Shown here: piece by piece, positions 38,045 to 46,338 of the stretch | How the letters are laid out: the number at the start of each line of letters is the position of its first letter | Position numbering within the stretch: the first letter of the stretch is position 1 | Origin: Thermoprotei archaeon | GTDB lineage: Archaea; Thermoproteota; Thermoprotei; Thermoproteales; B15-G16 | DNA: 64,000 nt | Assembly (NCBI GenBank): GCA_003649205.1 | Contig: QMRC01000008.1 | Coordinates: forward strand, 20,245 to 84,244 | Reading direction: 5' to 3' | Made by a program: the position numbers and the translations under genes | The notes under the pieces: generated by a model | What the model was told of the DNA's origin: nothing | Databases searched by the model: none | Seen by the model: only the letters and a program-made list of their open reading frames with translations

Positions 38045-38425
38045 CAGAGGGGTACATACCTGATGAAGGACAGAGAATTCCTCTTACGCTATCATCATTT
38101 GTTCAGTTTAGTTTCATAATACTCCGTATCAGTATCCTATGGGTTATAACTCATTATCAGTACCTTGTGCATAATACTCATTTAGTAGTTGAACACCTTT
38201 GAAAACTGCAGTAATCTCCAGCATTGTCTCCTAAGCAACCTGAGGGAGTGTATTCCTGATGAGGGATGTATTTTGCACCTTACACCTTGCGAAGTATAAA
38301 GTCCAGTATTTGAGGTATCAGGTACTCACTAGATATTTTATCCTACATTACTCATGCTATAGTGTCTGAAGTTTCCGATGAGGAATGTCCACTGATCTAT
38401 ACGTTGTGAACTCTAGTAGTTGATT
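38045..38425 (+). ncRNA. Putative guide-RNA array 2 (paralog of array 1): handles at 38045-38068 and 38240-38264, possibly a third at 38366-38383, each followed by NNTNNNN heptamers
   Basis: 38069-38200: 16 T of 19 units with one 6-nt slip. 38265-38425: 22 T + 1 C of 23. Handles and the 3' tail of the first unit resemble those of array 1. Confidence 0.8.
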
Positions 38426-38503
38426 TCGTTCTGTGTAGTACAGCTGTTTGTCTGCTCTCGGTGTGAGTCCTTATAGTTTCGGTAACTTGTATTGCTGTTA
38501 GCT

Positions 38504-38809
38504 ATGAGGTGTAGTGGTGAGAGTGCGTATGAGTTGGCTAGGAGGTTGCTGTTGAGATCTCTCCTAGTGTTGAAGCAAGGTACGAGGAGTTCAGGGTTCT
38601 GGATAACACCGCATAAGGTAGCGAAGATCAATAAGGTGAGTGGTAGAGCAATCGGTAGATTCATACACATGTTACTGAGTGAACTTGAGAAGGAAGGACT
38701 AGTTCAAGGAATGAACACTGGTAGTAGAAGGTACTCAAAGAAGTACTACGTCAAGCTAGATAACGTAGATAAGTGCATTGAGTACTTGAGAAGAACTAAG
38801 TACCTCTAA
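38504..38809 (+). CDS. Winged-helix DNA-binding protein
   Basis: ITPHKVAK..GRAIGRFIHMLLSELEKEGLV; ATG at 38504 preferred over the track start 38492. Confidence 0.65.
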   Translation: MRCSGESAYELARRLLLRSLLVLKQGTRSSGFWITPHKVAKINKVSGRAIGRFIHMLLSELEKEGLVQGMNTGSRRYSKKYYVKLDNVDKCIEYLRRTKYL

Positions 38810-38879
38810 TCCTCTTTTTCCTTGCTACCTACCTTACTTTACAATACTTATTTAGTTGTTTCTGTGTTGTTTAGTATTG

Positions 38880-39485
38880 ATGTCGGTCTGCATAATTCTC
38901 GACACATCTACTCTCACTTACATGCATGAGAGTTGGTTACACGGTGTTAGGTCTGCGGTACACCATGCTAGGGAGTCTGTAACTCATCCGAGAACTCAAG
39001 AGGCTCTTGCTAGGAGGAGGGTTGCTGAGTACTTGAGTAGGGTTCTCGGTGACTACTGTCTCTACGGTGCTACTTGCTACGTGACGAAGTCTATCAAGGA
39101 TGAGGTTGAGGCACTTGCTGGTGAGTACAGAGATCTCTACGAGGCAATTAAGGACTTCCTAGATAAGGCTAGGGTAGGTGAGGTGAGTGCTGTTGCTACT
39201 AGAGAATTCGAGTTCGTTAAGTCTGTTGCAGAGAGGAGAGGGTACAGAGTTGTTGAGTCTCCTGAACTTGAGTGGAGGTTGAAGAGGAGAGGTATACGTG
39301 CTCTAACGTACGGTGATATCGAGGCTATTGCAACAGCACTATCACGTGGTTGTACACTCGTAACTGGTGACAAGGATGTGTACCAGCTAGCTAGGGAAGT
39401 AGGTGCTAAGGTACTGTACCTATACGAGGACTACGTACAGGAACCAATCAAGAGAGTAGCTAAGAGAGTACTACCTCGGAGGTAG
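38880..39485 (+). CDS. PIN-domain (VapC-like) ribonuclease
   Basis: IILDTS, KDEV, GDIEAIATA, LVTGDK; no adjacent antitoxin obvious. Confidence 0.8.
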   Translation: MSVCIILDTSTLTYMHESWLHGVRSAVHHARESVTHPRTQEALARRRVAEYLSRVLGDYCLYGATCYVTKSIKDEVEALAGEYRDLYEAIKDFLDKARVGEVSAVATREFEFVKSVAERRGYRVVESPELEWRLKRRGIRALTYGDIEAIATALSRGCTLVTGDKDVYQLAREVGAKVLYLYEDYVQEPIKRVAKRVLPRR

Positions 39486-39494
39486 CACCTAGAA

Positions 39495-40859
39495 ATGAGT
39501 GAAGCAAAGCAAGTCTCTAAGATACTTAGTGAGGAACAGCTAGCAGAACTGAGGTCTCTAGTTGAGAAGCTATTTGAGATTGAGGCTAGAGGTAGAGACA
39601 TAGCATCTAGATCAGACGTACTCGATACAGTGAAGGAAGCGGAGGAGTACTTCGATAGAGCTAATACAGATCTAACAGATCTCTTCTACCTACTATCACT
39701 CATTAGAGCTAGGTTACCTCCTGATATCAGTGAGAAGATTAAGCTAACTATAGTGCTATCTGAGATTGCTAGAAATAGTGAGGAAGCACTAGAGGATCTT
39801 GAGAGAGCTAAAGAAACAATCGCTACTACACTGGCTGAAATTCATAGAGCTAGCTGGAATAAATTTGTTGAGGGGAAGCACGAAGCATCTAAGGTACTTG
39901 ACGAGCTGTACAATAGGCTTAGGGAGATTGCAGATAAGTACATACTGAAGCACAGAGCTAGGGAAGTCACTGAAGAGAGTATTAGGAAGGGTATTGAGGA
40001 GTTGAGTAAGTTATTTAGTGAGTACTGTGAATCAAAGGAGTTCGAGAAATTAGTTGGTTCATCCACTGCTATGAGCATATGTGGTAACTTGTCAATAGCT
40101 CAGCTAGGGTTGTCGTACTCTGTTGAGAGCTTCGATATGGTGAGTAAAGGTCTCGATGTACTGGATGACCTCTGTAAGGAGGTATTCGGTAGTAGATGTA
40201 CGTGGTTGCGAGGTGTGAAGACTCCATACACATTGTCGGCTCTAGTCAATGACTTCTCAGCTAGTGTACACAGATTAGCAGAGTCTCTTCGTGAGGACTT
40301 AATGAAGTTAGGTGAAGTTCGTGGAATGTGGGTAGGTAGAATCTTCGTGATGGAGAACACAGACGAGAGATTAATCGAGTTCGCTAAGGTGTTGTCTAAG
40401 GCTTGGGAGTACGGTGATAAGTCACTGATCTACGCTCCTGAAGATGCTGAAGCTCTTGGAGGTATATGCTACGACAATAAGTGTGAACTCCGTGTTGGCT
40501 CTGCTGAGGGGCATAGAACACATGTAACTCTTCGAGATTCCGAGGTTAAGGTAGAGTACTACGATACTGATGACGATGTGAATCAGGTGATGAAGAAGCT
40601 ACTTGAGGAATTTGGTGCGTGTAGTTGCAGTATAGAGTTTGAAACTGGTGTATTCTGTACATGCCCAGCAGATAGGTTGAGAGATGTAGCACCTGTACTA
40701 TCGCTAGCAACATCGATGGACTACAGAATCTTCGATAAAGCGAAGTGGGGAACATACCTCAACCTTGTGGAGGAGTGTAGAGAGAAGGTGAGGAACGATA
40801 TCGAGTGGGAAGTCTGCATCTCAGAGAAGTACATTGAGGAGCTTAGGAAACACATCTAG
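39495..40859 (+). CDS. Hypothetical protein (helical N-terminus; C-terminal domain shared with 50771-51793)
   Basis: Paralogous segments such as THVTLRDSEVKVEYY / STIRVKDNEVEIEYL. Confidence 0.7.
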   Translation: MSEAKQVSKILSEEQLAELRSLVEKLFEIEARGRDIASRSDVLDTVKEAEEYFDRANTDLTDLFYLLSLIRARLPPDISEKIKLTIVLSEIARNSEEALEDLERAKETIATTLAEIHRASWNKFVEGKHEASKVLDELYNRLREIADKYILKHRAREVTEESIRKGIEELSKLFSEYCESKEFEKLVGSSTAMSICGNLSIAQLGLSYSVESFDMVSKGLDVLDDLCKEVFGSRCTWLRGVKTPYTLSALVNDFSASVHRLAESLREDLMKLGEVRGMWVGRIFVMENTDERLIEFAKVLSKAWEYGDKSLIYAPEDAEALGGICYDNKCELRVGSAEGHRTHVTLRDSEVKVEYYDTDDDVNQVMKKLLEEFGACSCSIEFETGVFCTCPADRLRDVAPVLSLATSMDYRIFDKAKWGTYLNLVEECREKVRNDIEWEVCISEKYIEELRKHI

Positions 40860-41680
40860 CTAATTACCTTGTTTATGTTGTCTATTATCCTATGTATGCT
40901 CTTCGGTGCCTTTGGGAACTTCATGTAGAATCCCTCACGTTCTAAGTACTCTCGAAGCAACTTAGCTATCTGTTTCTTCGGGACATTGACTTCTAGGTAT
41001 GGCTTCACAAATTTCTTCAACCACTCTCTAGCCTTCTCGATATCCTCCTTGGTTAACTGCTTAAAGTCTAGCTTACCACTTAGGTGTAGTGCTAGGTAGT
41101 CGATTAGTGATGGTCTGTGATAGAGCTTACCCTCGCCCCTCAATCTGTCGAGAGCTAGCTTCGTTCTGTACACAACCTCCTCCCTATATGCCTCAGCCTG
41201 AGCACCAGCTAGGCTAAATGCTATTTCTCCTACAACATCTAGGAGTGAGCAGAATATGTCTACTAGTGCCTTGGTCAGTGACTTAGCTACGGGATTGTCT
41301 TCAGGTATCTTAATCTGTTCAAGTAGCTTAGACTTCAGCTCTGCTATGCTGGGTATGGGATTGTTCACAAACACTACATCAAAGCCTTCACGAAGAAGCC
41401 ACTTGTAGACTTCCTTCAAGTGCTCATACCTTCTAGAAAGTCTAGCTACATCGAGCATCACTATCTTCCTTATCTTGTTCATTCTACAGAACTCAATCAT
41501 TTGCTTGAAGACAGGTCTCTCGAGAGGATTCTCAGCACCAGTTATGGTCTCAGTGAAGAAGAGTGGCATGAATCCTCTCTCCCTACACCACTTCTCCAGA
41601 ACAATTCTCTGATTTTCTGGATTTTCATCTGGTTGAGATATCCTTATGTAGCACGCTACGATTTCACTCATGTAGCTCAC
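40856..41680 (-). CDS. Serine recombinase (resolvase/invertase family)
   Basis: YIRIS catalytic motif, ENQ, ITGA..RPVF, DVARLSR, E-x-V-xx-RTK. Confidence 0.9.
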   Translation of the reverse strand: MSYMSEIVACYIRISQPDENPENQRIVLEKWCRERGFMPLFFTETITGAENPLERPVFKQMIEFCRMNKIRKIVMLDVARLSRRYEHLKEVYKWLLREGFDVVFVNNPIPSIAELKSKLLEQIKIPEDNPVAKSLTKALVDIFCSLLDVVGEIAFSLAGAQAEAYREEVVYRTKLALDRLRGEGKLYHRPSLIDYLALHLSGKLDFKQLTKEDIEKAREWLKKFVKPYLEVNVPKKQIAKLLREYLEREGFYMKFPKAPKSIHRIIDNINKVIS

Positions 41681-41700
41681 CTCTACATGAATGAAAACTA

Positions 41701-41808
41701 GCGAAAGGGGGAGTAAAACGTTACCCCTCTACCACGTTTCACGAAAGGGGTTACGGAACGAAAAACAGCCACGAATCACGACACCATTCCGAAAGCCCCC
41801 CCTTTCGC
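41701..41808. repeat. Putative res/recombination site: inverted GCGAAAGGGGG / CCCCCTTTCGC with internal CGAAAG copies
   Basis: 11-bp perfect IR (41701-41711, 41798-41808); direct copy CGAAAGGGG at 41742; directly upstream of the recombinase. Confidence 0.55.
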
Positions 41809-41906
41809 AACATGTGTGGGGGTGTTTTGTGAGAATACGGTTGTACTAGGTAAGTGCTTATAAATCCTAGCAGTATAAATAACTAATCCGTAGGGGTGAT
41901 CACTTA

Positions 41907-42110
41907 ATGAGTAAGTCTGAGGAAATCGACATTAACAAAATCAGAACATTAATGCTTAAAGCGGGCTTTATCTTTGCTGGTAGGATGACAGTTATTAGAG
42001 GTTCTGGAGGTAGATACTTCGTTTACCTACCTAGAAAGCTTGAACCTATACTAGAGCTTCTAGTGGGGAGAAAAGTTGAGGTATGGATTAGACCAATCGA
42101 GAAGAGCTAG
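41907..42110 (+). CDS. AbrB/SpoVT-like swapped-hairpin regulator
   Basis: MTVIRGSGGRYFVYLPRKL..GRKVEVWI. Confidence 0.65.
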   Translation: MSKSEEIDINKIRTLMLKAGFIFAGRMTVIRGSGGRYFVYLPRKLEPILELLVGRKVEVWIRPIEKS

Positions 42111-42324
42111 TTAACTCTCAATACTATTTCATGAAGTAGGGGGCGGAGCGAGGTGGGGGGTAGGAGGTGAGAGTAGGTGTCTATAGAAGATGATTACTAC
42201 AGAGTTTATAAGGAGTTACATCATACCTGTCAAAGTAGGGCTTTCTGAAGGTATTAAAAACAAAGGTTTTTCTAATATCTAATGAAGAGTAGTATATGAG
42301 GACATGTAATTATGTGGTGTCTAC

Positions 42325-42525
42325 ATGAGTGAGGTACCTATTCCAAAGAAGAGGTTTTACTGTACTAACTGTGGTAGAGTAATTGAGGTGCCATTTGGTG
42401 CACCTAAACCACATCAATGTCCTTACTGCGGTGCTCACCACACAATGATACATAGATTAGATAGAGGAGGATTTGGAAGAGGCTGGAGAGGAGGTAGAAA
42501 CATTAACTTACAAAAAACAACGTAG
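42325..42525 (+). CDS. Zinc-ribbon protein with Gly/Arg-rich tail
   Basis: CTNCG..CPYCG, RGGFGRGWRGGR. Confidence 0.65.
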   Translation: MSEVPIPKKRFYCTNCGRVIEVPFGAPKPHQCPYCGAHHTMIHRLDRGGFGRGWRGGRNINLQKTT

Positions 42526-42534
42526 ATTAGAAGG

Positions 42535-42804
42535 TTATACTCTCCTGAGCTTAATTATGTAGTCTACTCCTAGTTCTTTTCCTGATGCAATATCTTCAAT
42601 AATTAAGTTTTTGAATTCTTTCTCAAGTTCCTTAAGTAGTTTATTCATATCTATATCTTTCGTAGCTACAAGTATAACTATGTCATACCTCTTGAACATT
42701 TTCTTTAATTCCGTGTAGCATGCGTCAGTATTCTCACTACAGTACACCAGATTAAACCACGATTCAGCCATTCGATCACCAAGTGCTATAGTGTGGGGAT
42801 TCAT
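42535..42804 (-). CDS. Small hypothetical protein
   Basis: RBS GGTGA before the internal ATG (MAESW). Confidence 0.55.
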   Translation of the reverse strand: MNPHTIALGDRMAESWFNLVYCSENTDACYTELKKMFKRYDIVILVATKDIDMNKLLKELEKEFKNLIIEDIASGKELGVDYIIKLRRV

Positions 42805-42894
42805 TTATACGAGTTCTCTAATTATATGAGACACTACTTAACATGGAGATAATGTAACTACTTATAAACTTGTTCTTCACTTACATTAATGTAG

Positions 42895-43779
42895 GTGATG
42901 TGTATGGGCACTAGAGTATATGTGGAATGTATTGAAGGAGAAGAAGGAAGAGAACTAGAACTCAAGTACATACCAGTGAGGTATCTGTGTAAAGCTAGGA
43001 AGTACTATCTAAAACTACCGTTTGAAGAAGTAAAAGAGGTTTTGAAGGTAGATGAGTCGTTAGCTGTGTTAAATAAGTCATTAGGTGGATTAAGTGAGGA
43101 GCAATATGATGTGCTAAATGTGATAAAGTACAGAAGCTATGTAGAGCCTGTTTTTCTAGGGATTAGAGCTAGTAAGTTAAGTGAGAAAGAAAACTATGTT
43201 GAAGTTGAAGAGCCATTGAAGATTGTATATAAGGGTCAAGTACGTAAAGCACCTACAGGATGGTATGGTTTACTTCATGTAGCCGAAGACTTCTATGTAG
43301 TAACTACATTACCTGTTGATATAGCTTTAAAACATGCATGTATATCAATTCTAGAAGCAACAGGATTTTGGAGTAGGGAAAGAGAAGAGATGATACTTGA
43401 AGCAGTTTCACCAATACCTCTCATTCTAGAGCTTTTAGATCTAGGTATTAGTAGAATTACTATTAAAAGATATGTAGAATGGTATCCTCTCAACGTTATG
43501 TTTCTTAAGTACAAGAAAACATATAGGAGGTATGTTGTAACGAATGATTCTGACTGTAAAGTAGCTACGGAATTGAGACGGAATATAGTTGATTTCTTTG
43601 ATGAGGCAGTCGTAGTAAAGAGAAGACATGACGTAGCTTCAGCTCATGTAGTTGATATGTACCTTGAACAACCTTGTACATTGTTGAGAACAGCAGACAG
43701 CGTTAAGGTAGAGATTCTTGAAGGTATTGATCTTGGAACTTCAATCCTCATTGAGGTACTACATAGAGCAGTGAGTTAA
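42895..43779 (+). CDS. Hypothetical protein
   Basis: 294-aa ORF, AT-rich. Confidence 0.65.
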   Translation: MMCMGTRVYVECIEGEEGRELELKYIPVRYLCKARKYYLKLPFEEVKEVLKVDESLAVLNKSLGGLSEEQYDVLNVIKYRSYVEPVFLGIRASKLSEKENYVEVEEPLKIVYKGQVRKAPTGWYGLLHVAEDFYVVTTLPVDIALKHACISILEATGFWSREREEMILEAVSPIPLILELLDLGISRITIKRYVEWYPLNVMFLKYKKTYRRYVVTNDSDCKVATELRRNIVDFFDEAVVVKRRHDVASAHVVDMYLEQPCTLLRTADSVKVEILEGIDLGTSILIEVLHRAVS

Positions 43780-43795
43780 ATGAGTTGAATAGTTA

Positions 43796-43915
43796 ATGTA
43801 TGAAAAACATCCTTACACATCTATCGATGCAATAGGTATGGCACTTGCAAAGGGCATTGATGTACATACTGCATCAGCTTACCTCATTGCCTTAAGAGGA
43901 CTTAAATTACCTTAA
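43796..43915 (+). pseudogene. C-terminal remnant of an IS200/IS605-type TnpB-like gene
   Basis: Translates MYEKHPYTSIDAIGMALAKGIDVHTASAYLIALRGLKLP, resembling the P-x-YTS..D-x-HTASAYLIALRG end of crenarchaeal TnpB-like proteins (by recollection). Confidence 0.55.
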
Positions 43916-44023
43916 ACTATCCTCACAAATGTTTCAACCAATCAAATACCCAATGCTTGTGAATTTTGGTAAGTGCATATAAGGTCTTCTCTACTTTACT
44001 ATGTTTGAGATGGTGAGGTGTAG

Positions 44024-45190
44024 ATGTGTGCTCGCTATGTTACTGCTATGGAGGTTTCTAGCTTCTACACATCAGTAGGTTACTTTCTCTCTAAGTCTGC
44101 TCACGAGGTTATGGAGGTTGATGTGCCTTGTCTAGATGTCTGTGTTAGGACGATGCTCCTAACTACGTACCACGTATGTAGGTTTAGGTGTGTTAGAGGT
44201 AGGAGGAGGTTTCTACTAACTACGTTACTGGGTGCAGTTGCACCACTGTACGCATATGTGCATGGTAGTAGACGTGAAGTCCGTAGGTTAGTTCGTAGGT
44301 CTATAGCTGGTATTGTTGAGAGTGGTTGTGTAGACGAGTTCACTACATTGCTTAGAGATGTTGCACTACACACATCACAGTATTTACTTCATCGCTGGAG
44401 TGAGGTATGTGTTGAAGATCTTGATCCAGTTCACGTAGCTAAGAAGCTCGCTACGGAGCATAGGTCAAGTGATGAAGTACCTGACTACGTGCATGAACTT
44501 GAGAGACTTGATGAGAAGTGTAACTTCTTTAGAACAGCACTTGAGAAATCTAAGCTATGTAGTGACTCAGTAGTTTGCTCAGGATTTCACGACTACATTA
44601 CTCACCTACACATATACCTCAAGCTACCTCACGTAATTGTGATCCCAGCATTTACCTCATCCAATGTCTGTGCAGTTATGACTGACTTCCTACGTCACTA
44701 CATAGACATGCTGTACAGAACCTGTGTACTCACGAACATGGTGCTTACTCCATACGTGTGCTACCTATGTAGTGTCTTCACACCGAAGCAACATGGATTC
44801 AAGAACCCACTAGCAATTAGACGCCTAGTTACATCGTCTAAGGATGGCGGTAGAGTACACGTGTACTGCTATGTACACCTAGCTAAATGCCTCGTATTTG
44901 CTGACTACCTCACATCACTACTAATTGACGTTACTCTAGGTGATAGAGACCTATCTAGTGAAGTTCTCAGCTGTAATGAGTGTAAGCACCTCAATCCATC
45001 ACCATTCATACATCCTAGAAACTTACTTAGAATCAGCAACCTACTTTACAGAAGTGAGATAGATAATGTAGTTGAGGTACTTAATAATGTAGCACAAGCT
45101 ACACTATGCAGTAGACACTACAAGGTATTTAGAAACGAAGTAGTACCTAAACTCGTAGAGATCTGGAGAGGAGATGAAACAAAGCAATAA
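44024..45190 (+). CDS. Cys/His-rich hypothetical protein
   Basis: 388-aa ORF with RBS GGTGAGGTG. Confidence 0.65.
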   Translation: MCARYVTAMEVSSFYTSVGYFLSKSAHEVMEVDVPCLDVCVRTMLLTTYHVCRFRCVRGRRRFLLTTLLGAVAPLYAYVHGSRREVRRLVRRSIAGIVESGCVDEFTTLLRDVALHTSQYLLHRWSEVCVEDLDPVHVAKKLATEHRSSDEVPDYVHELERLDEKCNFFRTALEKSKLCSDSVVCSGFHDYITHLHIYLKLPHVIVIPAFTSSNVCAVMTDFLRHYIDMLYRTCVLTNMVLTPYVCYLCSVFTPKQHGFKNPLAIRRLVTSSKDGGRVHVYCYVHLAKCLVFADYLTSLLIDVTLGDRDLSSEVLSCNECKHLNPSPFIHPRNLLRISNLLYRSEIDNVVEVLNNVAQATLCSRHYKVFRNEVVPKLVEIWRGDETKQ

Positions 45191-45265
45191 GCTTGGAGAA
45201 GTACCTAGCAAGTACGTAACTAATAATACTAAGTTTATTACTCAGTTGTTCTGAGGCTGTGAGCT

Positions 45266-46099
45266 ATGTCTTCTGTTGCTGAAATTGTTGAGGAAGTTAG
45301 AAGATATGAGAAAGCAGAAATTCGTGCTCCTCCTGATGATAAACTGGTTAAAGCTTGTAACGAGCTTGGAGGTACTATTACTAGTAGAGGTTACTGGGAT
45401 TTCAAGAGAGATGTCTATGTTATTGAAGGGAAAGAGGATTGGGTTTGTGTCGTTAAGAGAGAAGGACAGAAGCATCACGAGGTAATTGATGAGGTTGCTG
45501 ATGTAATTGAAAAGTATAGACCAACAGGGAGATTCGAGTTTGATCTAGCTAGTGGTGAGATGGAGTTCAAGGTCAAGGAGGGCATCATAGATGATTTCAG
45601 AGCATGGTATAGCGATTTAGGTAATGCAAATGAGTTTATTGAAGAATATGATCCTTCTGAAGATGATTTTTGGGAGTGGCTTGAAGATGTTATTTTAGGT
45701 GTTAAATTATCTCCAGAGGAGAGAAGGAGAATTCTTGAAGAAGCTTCCTTAATTGTTTCGGGAAGAAAGTTTGAAGAGTACTTAAATGAGGAATTTATGA
45801 GAACTGAAGAGTGGGAGAACTACAGTATACTCAGCAAACTTGGGCTCAATATGAGACTTGGCTATACTGCTTATGGGGGAGTGTACCCAATTATTGAGGG
45901 TAGAGATGTCAAGATTGCCCCAGATGATTTGAGGAGGTTAAAGAAGGTATTTGAGGACTTTGAGGACGTTAAGGAGGGAGGTAATGGTAGTGGATTAATA
46001 TACGATATACACCAAGCATGTAATAGAGCAGAACAAGATACTTGGATAGATGCTATTAAAGAGGCAATGAAGAGACTAGGTTACAAGATCGAGAAGTAA
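45266..46099 (+). CDS. Acidic hypothetical protein with C-xx-LGG motif
   Basis: KACNELGG. Confidence 0.7.
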   Translation: MSSVAEIVEEVRRYEKAEIRAPPDDKLVKACNELGGTITSRGYWDFKRDVYVIEGKEDWVCVVKREGQKHHEVIDEVADVIEKYRPTGRFEFDLASGEMEFKVKEGIIDDFRAWYSDLGNANEFIEEYDPSEDDFWEWLEDVILGVKLSPEERRRILEEASLIVSGRKFEEYLNEEFMRTEEWENYSILSKLGLNMRLGYTAYGGVYPIIEGRDVKIAPDDLRRLKKVFEDFEDVKEGGNGSGLIYDIHQACNRAEQDTWIDAIKEAMKRLGYKIEK

Positions 46100-46102
46100 T
46101 CT

Positions 46103-46300
46103 TTAACCTATAATCATCTTACATTCAAGTTCTTCTAGTCCTTTTTCTCTAATCCATTCTCTTAGGAATTTGTACCTTATTGCGTGAAGTATGAACTCTG
46201 TCCTCGTTCTGAACCTCTTGCTTTTCCTAATGTAGTTGTCCATCTCTTCAACTAGTTCCTCAGGTAGCTTAATTGATATTGGAATTTCTCTGCTTCTCAT
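46103..46300 (-). CDS. CopG/ribbon-helix-helix transcriptional regulator
   Basis: ISIKLPEELVEEMD..TRTEFILHAIR. Confidence 0.85.
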   Translation of the reverse strand: MRSREIPISIKLPEELVEEMDNYIRKSKRFRTRTEFILHAIRYKFLREWIREKGLEELECKMIIG

Positions 46301-46338
46301 ACAAGTCCTAATATATTGCGTGAGTTTTTATTCTAACG

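Noticed and set aside
38058-38270. Hammerhead ribozymes at the CTGATGA motifs
   Set aside because: No stem II followed by GAAA and no matching stems I/III around a cleavage triplet.
38323-38335. 13-nt antisense match of array 2 to the start of ORF 53773 (ATATCTAGTGAGT)
   Set aside because: About one match of this length is expected by chance when comparing about 800 nt with 64 kb; the flanks do not extend.
35305-38425. Canonical CRISPR array or mini-array
   Set aside because: No identical 24-40 nt direct repeats at regular spacing; handles are degenerate and about 180-195 nt apart.
42135-42180. G-rich tract as a G-quadruplex or repeat
   Set aside because: Only two long G runs, single occurrence, no supporting context.
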